A stretch of DNA of 64,000 nt, taken from NCBI GenBank assembly GCA_934177725.1, contig CAKPPO010000001.1:70820-134819 (forward strand), read 5' to 3'. The first letter of the stretch is position 1; every line of letters begins with the position of its first letter. Position numbers and translations under genes: made by a program. Source of the DNA: an uncultured Clostridia bacterium. GTDB taxonomy: Bacteria; Bacillota; Clostridia; TANB77; CAG-508. The notes below the pieces were generated by a model. The model saw nothing but the letters and a program-made list of their open reading frames with translations. It was not told where the DNA came from and did not search any database. This document shows positions 40,894 to 49,890 of the stretch, in pieces.

Positions 40894-41096
40894 AAGAACA
40901 AGTAAATATGAAGTAAATATTATTAATATTACTTTATATTTACTTTTTTTCTTTTATGTTAGTTAATATTAATTTAAGAAGATATTAAATACTAAAAATG
41001 TAATATAATTGTAATGTAAAAGTAAATAAATAGTAACACACTTTTTAGATGTTTAGTGCTATAATAATAAAGCAATTTAATTAAAAGGGTGAAAAA

Positions 41097-41924
41097 ATGA
41101 ACGAAGAAAAAGACTCAAAAATTAAGGATGTAGAATTAAATAATGAAGAATCTATAAAAATGGCTAGAAAAGAGGAATTTGATAATATTTTATCTAAAAT
41201 AAAGAAAATGTCAGATGCAGTAGAATTACATGAAAATGTAAAAAAAGCTGTTTCAGAAGATGAAGTTGATAATAATTACCTAAAATATATTGAAAACTCT
41301 TTAGAAGATAAGCTTTTTTGTGATGCAAAATTTGATAAAATAAGATCAAAAATTCTATTAGAAGTAGTATGCCCAGATTTAGTAAAATTTGAAAATTTTG
41401 AAGTTGAAAAATTAGAAATTACTACTATTGGTTCTCACCTTGAAGAAATCGATAATTATATAGATAAAATTTGTACATATGATAATAAATTTGTATGTTT
41501 ATTTGGGATAAACGAAAATAACCCCGAAAAAGTTATAAAATATGAACCAAGAAAATTTAGCAGACAAGATATGGTAGAAGCTATTTGTAGTAAATTAGAA
41601 GATGGAAATATAGCTCAAATGGAACAATATGATGAATATTATGTAGTAACAGACAAAACAGGTCTAAAAGTATTTTCAGAAAGAAAAATAGTATCTTTAG
41701 TCAAAATAGAAGAGACCGTTTTTGATAAAATTAAAGGAAAATTATCTTCTCTATTTTCAAATATGTTTTCTAAAAAGAAATGTATGCCAAACATAAAATT
41801 AGTATATGATACTAATCCAAATAGATTTGAGACTTTTGAACATACAAGCAAAATTGATGCTAAGAGTAGAATGAAAGTACTATTACAAAAAGAAAGAGAG
41901 ATTACAAGAAATACTAATTCTTAA
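41097..41924 (+). CDS. Hypothetical protein
   Basis: 275-aa ORF after AAAGGGTG with its own terminator hairpin downstream (~41960-42010). No motif recognised. Confidence 0.5.
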   Translation: MNEEKDSKIKDVELNNEESIKMARKEEFDNILSKIKKMSDAVELHENVKKAVSEDEVDNNYLKYIENSLEDKLFCDAKFDKIRSKILLEVVCPDLVKFENFEVEKLEITTIGSHLEEIDNYIDKICTYDNKFVCLFGINENNPEKVIKYEPRKFSRQDMVEAICSKLEDGNIAQMEQYDEYYVVTDKTGLKVFSERKIVSLVKIEETVFDKIKGKLSSLFSNMFSKKKCMPNIKLVYDTNPNRFETFEHTSKIDAKSRMKVLLQKEREITRNTNS

Positions 41925-42099
41925 TAAAGGAAAAGCATTGTGAACAATAAATATAAAAAATAAAAATTACTAGTGGTTTGTATATAAAATGAGCTACTAG
42001 TAATTTTTATAATTAAAATATTTACTATTTCTCTTAGTTGTTATATAATATATATGTTACTATAAATAGTATTTTGTTTCTAAAAAAGGAGAAGAAAGC

Positions 42100-42255
42100 A
42101 TGGAAACGAAAAAAAGAATTAGGACATTAACAACCAGAAATCTCAAAGAATCCATGAAAAAAGGTGGATGTGGCGAATGCCAAACTTCTTGCCAATCTGC
42201 ATGTAAGACCTCATGTACAGTCGGAAATCAGACATGCGAGCAGGCTAGAAAATAG
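42100..42255 (+). CDS. SCIFF-type six-cysteine peptide (ranthipeptide precursor), 51 aa, absent from the ORF track
   Basis: Preceded by AGGAG. Translation is METKKRIRTLTTRNLKESMKKGGCGECQTSCQSACKTSCTVGNQTCEQARK, which contains the canonical GGCGECQTSCQSACKTSC core. A terminator follows. Confidence 0.85.
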   Translation: METKKRIRTLTTRNLKESMKKGGCGECQTSCQSACKTSCTVGNQTCEQARK

Positions 42256-42263
42256 AAACAAAG

Positions 42264-42294
42264 AAAAAAGTCGTATAAGTTACGACTTTTTTTG
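42264..42294 (+). terminator. Rho-independent terminator after the SCIFF gene
   Basis: aaaaagtcgta / tacgacttttt stem followed by a T-run. Confidence 0.8.
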
Positions 42295-42341
42295 TCTAAG
42301 AGTAAAATAAAACTGCAAGAAAATATTCTTGCAGTTTTATT

Positions 42342-42548
42342 TTATTCTGGAAATTTAATTGAATTACCATGATAATTATAGTTAATAGAGATATTTCCTA
42401 AAAAATTAGTATATGCTGTATTTTCAGCATCTTCTGGAAAAATTACAGTTAAATTCCCATTGCCGTCAGTAGAAATAGTGAGCTCTGGATGCTCTTCTAC
42501 AAATTCAAAAAGTGATGGCGGCTTTATTTTCACAGCCTTTAATTTCAT
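42342..42548 (-). CDS. Hypothetical small protein (68 aa)
   Basis: Strong RBS (AAAGGGGGA on the minus strand) 8 nt upstream. It has its own hairpin terminator at ~42304-42341. It is the only convincing minus-strand gene in the first 51 kb. Confidence 0.6.
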   Translation of the reverse strand: MKLKAVKIKPPSLFEFVEEHPELTISTDGNGNLTVIFPEDAENTAYTNFLGNISINYNYHGNSIKFPE

Positions 42549-42733
42549 ATAGTAAATCCCCCTTTTTTGAATTAATACGATTGTAACAAAGATAATATAT
42601 CACAATATTAATATAAGAAACAATATTTTGTCGAAAAAAGTAGAAAAAATATTGAATTTTTTTAAATTATTTTATTGTAAATATACTAATAGAAAAAATA
42701 ATCCATTTTAATCAAAAAAATTTTGACTATGTA

Positions 42734-42762
42734 TTGACAAAACCTAAAAAAATTAGTATAAT
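42734..42762 (+). promoter_or_regulatory. Consensus sigma-A promoter of rpmF
   Basis: TTGACA (42734-42739), 17-nt spacer, TATAAT (42757-42762). Confidence 0.7.
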
Positions 42763-42835
42763 TTTATGGTACTTGAAAAAGAGAAAACTATGTAAAATAG
42801 ATACATAAAGATAAATTTGCGAGGGGGGAATAAAA

Positions 42836-43018
42836 ATGGCACAACCAAAAAGAAGATGGTCAAAAGCAAGAACAGGATTAAAAAGATCAACATGGAAATT
42901 AGAAAATAAAAATTTAGTAGCATGCCCACATTGCCACGAAATGGTAATGCAACATAGAGTTTGCTCTAATTGCGGATACTATAATGGAAAAGAAATAATA
43001 GCAAAAAAAGAAGACTAG
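42836..43018 (+). CDS. rpmF: 50S ribosomal protein L32 (zinc-ribbon type)
   Basis: MAQPKRRWSKARTG...CPHC...CSNCGYYNGKE. Confidence 0.95.
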   Translation: MAQPKRRWSKARTGLKRSTWKLENKNLVACPHCHEMVMQHRVCSNCGYYNGKEIIAKKED

Positions 43019-43154
43019 AATGTTAAGTAATAAAAATTGCACAGTATTTATACTGTGTTTTTTTATTATTTTACTCAAAGATATTTTCAAGCCAAAAAAG
43101 TAATGTTATAATAAATCAAAAATAATAGAAAATATACAGATAGGAGTTACACAA

Positions 43155-44897
43155 ATGATAGATATACTGAATAAAATAATGAAACAAATAAAAGAAAACA
43201 AATGGATACACTACATAATAATAATTGCTATAGGTATTGTACTAAGTATACCTTTATCTAAAATACAAATTCGAAATACACATGACGGGGTACTTCATAT
43301 GTTAAGAATATTGGGAACAAAAGATACACTGGAAATAGGTCAGATTCCTCCTCTTATTAATCAAAATTATTGTAATGGAGCAGGCTATGCAATGAATCTA
43401 TTTTATCCACCTATAGTAACATATATTCCACTATTAATAAAAATATTCACATCAAGCTATATGATAACATTAAAAATATTTGGTGGCATATGTATAGTAC
43501 TTTCAGGTATTACAATGTATCAATTTGTTTATAATGTAACTAACAAAAGAATTATAGCTTTATTTTCGGCAATTTTTTATTTAATAGCTCCTTATAAACT
43601 AGCAAATGTATATAAAAGGTTTGCTATTGGAGAATTTACAGCATTAGCATTTATGCCAATGGTATTTTTAGGATTATATAATTTATTTAATCAAGATGGA
43701 AAAAAACATTACTATATTGTAATTGGTGCAGTAGGGTTAATGCTTTGCCATACAGTCACAACATTATACACAGCAATATTTTGCTTAATATATGTATTGT
43801 TTAATATAAAGAAAATAAAAGAAAAAGGAATAATAAAAAAATGTATAATAGATGTAATATTTATTTTACTAATAAGCATTTTATTTTGGTTTCCTTTATT
43901 AGAAGCTACGAAAGCTTGTGATTATGCAATTATGGATGATTCAATAATTGCAACAAATGGACAATATGCTTCCAGTCATACTATTTCTTTATCGCAGTTA
44001 TTTAAAGATAAAGGAGAAGAAAATGGAACTACATTTTTAATTGGAATTCCAACCATTGCATTACTAATATTGACAATATTCGTCTATAAAAAAATAGATA
44101 ACTCATATAAAGAGATATATCTGATAAATTTAATATTTGCTTTGATATCTATTTTTATGGCAAGTAGATTCTTTCCATGGAAGATTATGCCTGGAATATT
44201 ATGCAAATTGCAATATCCATGGAGAATGATGGGATTTTTTAACTTCTTTACAAGTTTTATATGTGGAGTAAATTTATATATTATATTAAGACAACTAATA
44301 AAAAGAGATAATATTCGTCTAATTGTTTCTATAATTTTTGTTGTATTATCTGTGATTTATAGCAATAAAATTATGTCTAGTTTCTACGCAACAGATACCA
44401 ATTTAGATAATACTTACGAAACAGCAATATTAAAAAATAAAAAAATATCTCACATGTCAATAAATCGTGATTATATGCCTGTTAGAGCTATAAGTCTACA
44501 AAATTCTTATGTAATGCAAAGAAAAGATACTACATATATCCTAGAGGGAAGTGCTAATATTATAAATGAAAATAAGGTAAATCTTACAGACAATATAGAA
44601 ATTGAGAATATTACAAAGGGTACAACATTAGAATTTCCATATTATTATTATGTAGGTTATAAAGTTACTATTGAAATGTCAGGTGGAAATGTAAAAGATA
44701 TAAAACCAATAGAATCTAAAAATGGTTATCTTTCATGTGTTATAGATGAAAATATAGATAGGGCTATTATAAAAGTAGAATATGTTGGAACTACAATTAC
44801 TTATGTTTCATATATTATTTCACTAATAAGTTTAATTGGTTTTATTATATATGTAAGATATGAAGTAAAAAAAGGAGAAGATAATGTCAAAAATTAA
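43155..44897 (+). CDS. Large polytopic membrane protein, GT-C-like (YfhO/PTPS-related type)
   Basis: 580 aa with ~12 helices plus a soluble C-terminal domain and a final TM. First-loop motif THDGVLHMLRILG. Paralogous to the next ORF. Confidence 0.5.
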   Translation: MIDILNKIMKQIKENKWIHYIIIIAIGIVLSIPLSKIQIRNTHDGVLHMLRILGTKDTLEIGQIPPLINQNYCNGAGYAMNLFYPPIVTYIPLLIKIFTSSYMITLKIFGGICIVLSGITMYQFVYNVTNKRIIALFSAIFYLIAPYKLANVYKRFAIGEFTALAFMPMVFLGLYNLFNQDGKKHYYIVIGAVGLMLCHTVTTLYTAIFCLIYVLFNIKKIKEKGIIKKCIIDVIFILLISILFWFPLLEATKACDYAIMDDSIIATNGQYASSHTISLSQLFKDKGEENGTTFLIGIPTIALLILTIFVYKKIDNSYKEIYLINLIFALISIFMASRFFPWKIMPGILCKLQYPWRMMGFFNFFTSFICGVNLYIILRQLIKRDNIRLIVSIIFVVLSVIYSNKIMSSFYATDTNLDNTYETAILKNKKISHMSINRDYMPVRAISLQNSYVMQRKDTTYILEGSANIINENKVNLTDNIEIENITKGTTLEFPYYYYVGYKVTIEMSGGNVKDIKPIESKNGYLSCVIDENIDRAIIKVEYVGTTITYVSYIISLISLIGFIIYVRYEVKKGEDNVKN

Positions 44898-46611
44898 AGC
44901 TATATTAGAAAAGGAAAACGTAAAATGTATAATATTGTTATTTATAGCTTCATTATTTATTTGCATGCCACTAATAAGTAAAAAAATAGATATAACATAT
45001 GATGACGGAATACAACATATAGCAAGGCTAATGGGAACATATCAGTCCATTACAGAAGAACAGAGTTTTCCAGTTATAATGTCAAATTTCTGCAATGGAT
45101 TTGGATATTCGTGGAATCTGTTTTATAGTCCGCTTACAGCATATTTACCATTAATATTTAAAATTTTTGGAGCATCATTTATTGAATGTATAAAAATATT
45201 TATGTTTTTATGTATTTTTGCATCTGCTATTGCTATGTACTTTTGCACAAAAGAGATAACAAAAAACAAAAAAATAGCTGTACTTGCAGGAATATTTTAT
45301 GTTTTTGCCCCATATAGACTAACAGATATGTATTTGCGAAATGCATTAGCAGAGTTAGTTTCATTCACATTCTTACCAATGGTATTTCAGGGATTATATG
45401 GAGTATTAAAAAACAAACCAAAAAGAGAATACATATTTATAGCTGGATGTGTTGGATTGATTTTAACGCATACAGTAATTACTTTATATGTTGCAATTAT
45501 TTGCTTTATCTATTTATTAACTCAAATTAAGAAATTAAAAGAATCTAAAAAAATAGCAATAAAAATTGTAATTTACATTGTAGTTATATTAGCTATAACA
45601 AGTTTCTTTTGGATACCACTATTAGAACATAAATTAAATGCAAATTATGAAGTATTTAAACCAGGCAGAATGGAAAGAACGGACGTACTTATAGCATTCA
45701 AATTAAATTTCTATGATTTATTTATGACAAAATCAAGTAATATTATGATTTATGAAATAGGACTATTAAGTGTTATAGCCTTAATATTAACACCTTTAGT
45801 TATAAAGAAAATAAACAGAAAACTAAAAGGAACAGATTGTTACTACTTCTATTTATTTTCACTAATAACAGGAATAGTATGCTGCATTATGACTTTAAAT
45901 ATATTTCCATTTGAACATTTACCAGCTACATTAAAAATGTTACAATTTTCATTTAGATTATTAGAGTTTTCTTCATTTTTCTTTGCTTTTGTAGTTGCAA
46001 TTAACATAAAAATACTAGTAAAGAATTTAAATTATAAAGATATTTTTGTAGTAACAGGTGTATTAATGTTAACTACACTAACATTTATTTCACATTTACA
46101 TTTTAAAGAAGAAGATATAGATGAAAGCAAGTTATGGCCAGCAGTAGCAGTTACGGAAAACACTGGCAGAGTCCATGCTGGTTGTGCAAGTTTTGAATAT
46201 TTGCCATGCAAAGCCTTTGAAAATAGAAAATATATAGAACAAAGATCAGATGATGTAATTGTACTTAATGGAACAGCTGACATAGAAAACAAACAAAAAA
46301 ATGGAACTAAATTAACTTGCAATATTAGCAATGCAACAGAAGAAACTGAAATAGAACTTCCTTATATTTATTATTTAGGATATAATGTTAAACTAGAAAA
46401 TAATGGCAAAAAGAAAACTATAAAAACATTTGAAACTGAAAATGGTTTTGTTGGAATTAAAGTCTCAAATATTGAAAAAGGAACATTGAAAGTTAAATAC
46501 ACTGGAACACCAATAATGCATATTTCTAGATTTGTTTCTATAATCGGAGTAGGGCTAGTTATATGTAAGATAACTATTGTAGATAGGAAAGTATTGCATA
46601 AAGTTACATAA
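44884..46611 (+). CDS. Large polytopic membrane protein, GT-C-like, tandem paralog of the preceding gene
   Basis: Overlaps the upstream gene by 14 nt. Collinear motifs are shared (YDDGIQHIARLMG, NLFYSP, APYRL, LTHTVITLY, WIPLLE, ELPYIYYLGY). Confidence 0.5.
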   Translation: MSKIKAILEKENVKCIILLFIASLFICMPLISKKIDITYDDGIQHIARLMGTYQSITEEQSFPVIMSNFCNGFGYSWNLFYSPLTAYLPLIFKIFGASFIECIKIFMFLCIFASAIAMYFCTKEITKNKKIAVLAGIFYVFAPYRLTDMYLRNALAELVSFTFLPMVFQGLYGVLKNKPKREYIFIAGCVGLILTHTVITLYVAIICFIYLLTQIKKLKESKKIAIKIVIYIVVILAITSFFWIPLLEHKLNANYEVFKPGRMERTDVLIAFKLNFYDLFMTKSSNIMIYEIGLLSVIALILTPLVIKKINRKLKGTDCYYFYLFSLITGIVCCIMTLNIFPFEHLPATLKMLQFSFRLLEFSSFFFAFVVAINIKILVKNLNYKDIFVVTGVLMLTTLTFISHLHFKEEDIDESKLWPAVAVTENTGRVHAGCASFEYLPCKAFENRKYIEQRSDDVIVLNGTADIENKQKNGTKLTCNISNATEETEIELPYIYYLGYNVKLENNGKKKTIKTFETENGFVGIKVSNIEKGTLKVKYTGTPIMHISRFVSIIGVGLVICKITIVDRKVLHKVT

Positions 46612-46680
46612 TGTGGTATAATTTTATTAGTTACTTTTAATATTTTAACACTATAAAAGCATCTTAAGGAGGAAAACAAT

Positions 46681-47436
46681 ATGAACACTATATTAACAAC
46701 AGTTACATCACGGTACAATTTACCATCATGCTGGTTATACAATAATAATAGATATTGTATAGAAGGTCCAATTAAGCTTAAGTATAATATATGGCTTAGA
46801 AAATTGCCTTGTGTAGAAACTGAGCATGAAGGTATTTTACAAGAACTGGGTATTAGTTACAAAAAAGTAACAACTCAGTATTTAGAATATTGGGATAAAG
46901 ACTTCTACGAAACTGAAGAAATTTGCTTACCTTTGTATGCTAAAGTAGTAAACGCATACAAATATACAGGCAAAAACTATACAGGGAATATTCTAACGTT
47001 AGATACTGTTGAAAGAGCTTCTGAGCTTGAAGAGATTGTTCAACAAAAAATTAAGGAACAAGAAAATAAAAGACTGGAAAAAATGAGGCAAGACAGATGG
47101 TATGAATATGCTGAGAAAGTGTTAGAAGCTAACATTTATGCAGTTACTTGGCCCAATGGAAAAGACTTTCCATATCAGGCAGCAAGCATGACAAATGAGG
47201 ATTTGGAATTAAGAAAAGCAGATAATCGTTTTAAGGTCTTAGTTACAAGAGATTCAAGAGACAGGAAAGTTAGCTGTTATGGAGTCTTTGATATGGGCAA
47301 AATTGCTCATGGCGGATATCTAACATTATTTGTACCGGAAAATATTGCAGGATATATTGTAGGCAAAGGCGGATGCAACAAAAAACGATGGGAGAAAGAA
47401 TTAGGTGTTAAAAAAATTAGTGTTGTTGGTGTATAA
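46681..47436 (+). CDS. Hypothetical protein with C-terminal KH-like GxxG motif
   Basis: RBS AAGGAGG. The C-terminus NIAGYIVGKGGCNKKRWEKELGVKKISVVGV resembles a KH RNA-binding module. The rest is unrecognised. Confidence 0.5.
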   Translation: MNTILTTVTSRYNLPSCWLYNNNRYCIEGPIKLKYNIWLRKLPCVETEHEGILQELGISYKKVTTQYLEYWDKDFYETEEICLPLYAKVVNAYKYTGKNYTGNILTLDTVERASELEEIVQQKIKEQENKRLEKMRQDRWYEYAEKVLEANIYAVTWPNGKDFPYQAASMTNEDLELRKADNRFKVLVTRDSRDRKVSCYGVFDMGKIAHGGYLTLFVPENIAGYIVGKGGCNKKRWEKELGVKKISVVGV

Positions 47437-47737
47437 CAACAACTAAAATAGTAAAAATTGTTTTACATTATAAGCTCATCTTATTAAACAAAAAGTTTAG
47501 TAAGATGAGTTTGTTTTTTTGTTAATGTGTGAAGTGAAAATTAGATACAATTCTATAAATATATTTATGATTAAATGCAATTTAAAAGTTTTAAACCAAC
47601 CATTCAATAAAATAAAAAATTCGTTGACTAAATAATAAAAATGATATAAAATATGTAATGTAAAAAATACAGAAAAATAAAGGTTTATAGGTAAAACCTT
47701 ATTAAAAACCTAAATATATTATATAAGGATATTAAAA

Positions 47738-49063
47738 ATGAGTAAACCAACAGTAGCAATAGTAGGAAGACCAAATGTAGGAAAGTCTACATTTTTTAAT
47801 TATATAGTAGGAAAAAGAATATCAATAGTACAAGATGAGCCGGGTGTTACCAGAGACAGAGTTTATGCAGATGCAACTTGGAAAGGTAAAACTTTTACAT
47901 TAATAGATACAGGGGGAATAGAGCCAGAATCTGAAGATATTATTGTTTCGCAAATGCGTGATCAAGCTAATATAGCAATAGATATTGCAGATGTAATAAT
48001 ATTTTTAACAGATATAAAACAAGGTGTTACAGCAGCAGATAAAGAAATAAGCTTAATGCTTAAAAAATCTAAGAAACCTGTTGTTTTAGTTTGCAATAAA
48101 GCGGATAATTACGGAAAAACTTCTGACGATATATATGAATTTTATAATTTAGGTTTAGGAGACCCACATCCTGTTTCTTCAGTTAATGCAATAGGAATTG
48201 GAGATGTATTAGATGCAATTTATGAGGAATTTCCTGAAACAGAAAAAGAAGATGATGACGAAACTATAAAAGTTGCAATTATAGGAAAACCAAATGTAGG
48301 CAAATCTTCTTTAGTAAATCAAATATTAGGTGAAAATAGAGTAATAGTAAGTGATATAGCAGGAACCACTAGAGATGCAATAGACTCAAACTTTGAAAAT
48401 GAGTTTGGTAAATATGTATTTATAGATACTGCAGGAATTAGAAGAAAATCTAAAGTAGATGAACAGATTGAAAAATATAGTGTTATGAGAAGTCTTCTAG
48501 CAGTAGAACGTGCAGATGTATGCCTACTTATGATAGATGCAAACGAAGGAGTAACAGAACAAGACAAGAAAATAGCAGGAGAAGCTCATGAAGCAGGAAA
48601 AGCAAGCATTATTGTTATAAATAAATGGGATGCATACGAAAAAGATGAACATAGTATGGAAAAATACAAAAAACAAGTATATAGTGAGCTTGCATATTTA
48701 TCTTATGCACCGATAATATTCATATCAGCAAAAACAGGTCAAAGAGTTAATAAATTGTTTGAATTAATAAATCAAGTAGCTAATCAAAATGCATTACGTG
48801 TTTCAACTGCAGTATTAAATCAAGTATTAAATGAAGCAATAGCAATAGTGCAGCCACCAACAGATAAAGGAAAAAGATTAAAAATTTATTATATGACTCA
48901 AGCAACTACAAAACCACCAACATTTGTTGTATTTGTAAATGATAAAAAATTATTCCATTTTTCTTATGAAAGATATTTAGTAAATCAAATAAGAAAAGAA
49001 TTTACTTTAACAGGAACACCAGTTAGAATAATGGTAAGAGAAAAGAAAGATAAAGATGTCTAA
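47738..49063 (+). CDS. der: Ribosome-associated GTPase Der/EngA
   Basis: Two G domains (GRPNVGKST...DTGG; GKPNVGKSS...DTAG) plus a KH-like C-terminus. Confidence 0.95.
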   Translation: MSKPTVAIVGRPNVGKSTFFNYIVGKRISIVQDEPGVTRDRVYADATWKGKTFTLIDTGGIEPESEDIIVSQMRDQANIAIDIADVIIFLTDIKQGVTAADKEISLMLKKSKKPVVLVCNKADNYGKTSDDIYEFYNLGLGDPHPVSSVNAIGIGDVLDAIYEEFPETEKEDDDETIKVAIIGKPNVGKSSLVNQILGENRVIVSDIAGTTRDAIDSNFENEFGKYVFIDTAGIRRKSKVDEQIEKYSVMRSLLAVERADVCLLMIDANEGVTEQDKKIAGEAHEAGKASIIVINKWDAYEKDEHSMEKYKKQVYSELAYLSYAPIIFISAKTGQRVNKLFELINQVANQNALRVSTAVLNQVLNEAIAIVQPPTDKGKRLKIYYMTQATTKPPTFVVFVNDKKLFHFSYERYLVNQIRKEFTLTGTPVRIMVREKKDKDV

Positions 49064-49067
49064 ACTA

Positions 49068-49102
49068 AAAGGACATTTGGGGACGGGTCACTTTTGTCCT
49101 TT
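49068..49102. repeat. Palindromic intergenic element, copy 2 (der terminator hairpin)
   Basis: 35 nt identical to 33418..33452. Confidence 0.85.
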
Positions 49103-49177
49103 ACATAAAATTACTAAAAGGTTGAAAACTTGAAATTTTAATTTAGCATAAAAATTAAATTTAAAGGAGAAAAAATT

Positions 49178-49813
49178 ATGTTAGTTTATATTATTGTAGC
49201 AGTTATTGCATATTTATTAGGAAGTATTAGTTTTTCAGTAATAATTAGTAAAAAAATGGCAGGATTTGATGTAAGAGAAAAAGGCAGTGGAAACGCAGGT
49301 ACAACTAATGTTTTAAGAAGTGTTGGAAAAAAAGCAGCTGTAATAACTCTTATATTTGATGTATTAAAAGGAGTACTAGCAGTATTAGTAGCTTATATAG
49401 CTGGAAATATAGTAAAAGAAGGTGTAGATAAAGCTCTATTAATTCAAATAGCAGGTTTGTTAGTTATAGTAGGTCATACATTTCCAATTTTCTTTGGTTT
49501 CAAAGGAGGAAAAGGAATTGCAACAGCATTAGGAGTATTATTAATTACAAACTGGAATATTGGACTAATTTGTTTAGTATTTGCGTTAGTACTAATGGCA
49601 CTTACAAAAATGGTATCTTTAGGTTCAATATCAGCTGCAATACTATTCCCAGTACTAATTTTATTTATGCCACATACAGCATATTTGGTAGATGGAAATT
49701 ATATTATATATAGTATATTAATTGCAGTTTTAGTTGTATTTAATCATAGAGCAAATGTAAAAAGATTATTAAACGGAACAGAAAACAAATTAGATTTTAA
49801 AAAATTCAAATAA
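49178..49813 (+). CDS. plsY: Glycerol-3-phosphate acyltransferase PlsY
   Basis: GSGNAGTTNVLR and FKGGKG motifs. 5-6 TM helices. Confidence 0.93.
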   Translation: MLVYIIVAVIAYLLGSISFSVIISKKMAGFDVREKGSGNAGTTNVLRSVGKKAAVITLIFDVLKGVLAVLVAYIAGNIVKEGVDKALLIQIAGLLVIVGHTFPIFFGFKGGKGIATALGVLLITNWNIGLICLVFALVLMALTKMVSLGSISAAILFPVLILFMPHTAYLVDGNYIIYSILIAVLVVFNHRANVKRLLNGTENKLDFKKFK

Positions 49814-49862
49814 ATTACCAAAAGGGACGTTTCCTTTTGGTTAATCTGTCCCTTTTGGTAAT
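49814..49862. repeat. Palindromic element, attaccaaaagggac-N19-gtcccttttggtaat (plsY terminator)
   Basis: 15-bp perfect inverted repeat. The core aaaagggacgttt...atctgtccctttt is shared with 35444..35482. Confidence 0.75.
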
Positions 49863-49890
49863 TCTAACTTTTATAAGGAGAAAAAATAAA

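Noticed and set aside
49837-49890. N-terminal extensions of track ORFs (gpsA from 49837, GtrB-like from 22016, rmlB from 19232, muramidase from 12565, queH from 28037, HD protein from 60101, ORFs from 51818 and to 51828).
   Set aside because: In each case an internal ATG preceded by a good RBS gives the family-typical N-terminus. The extensions run through terminator hairpins or the preceding gene.
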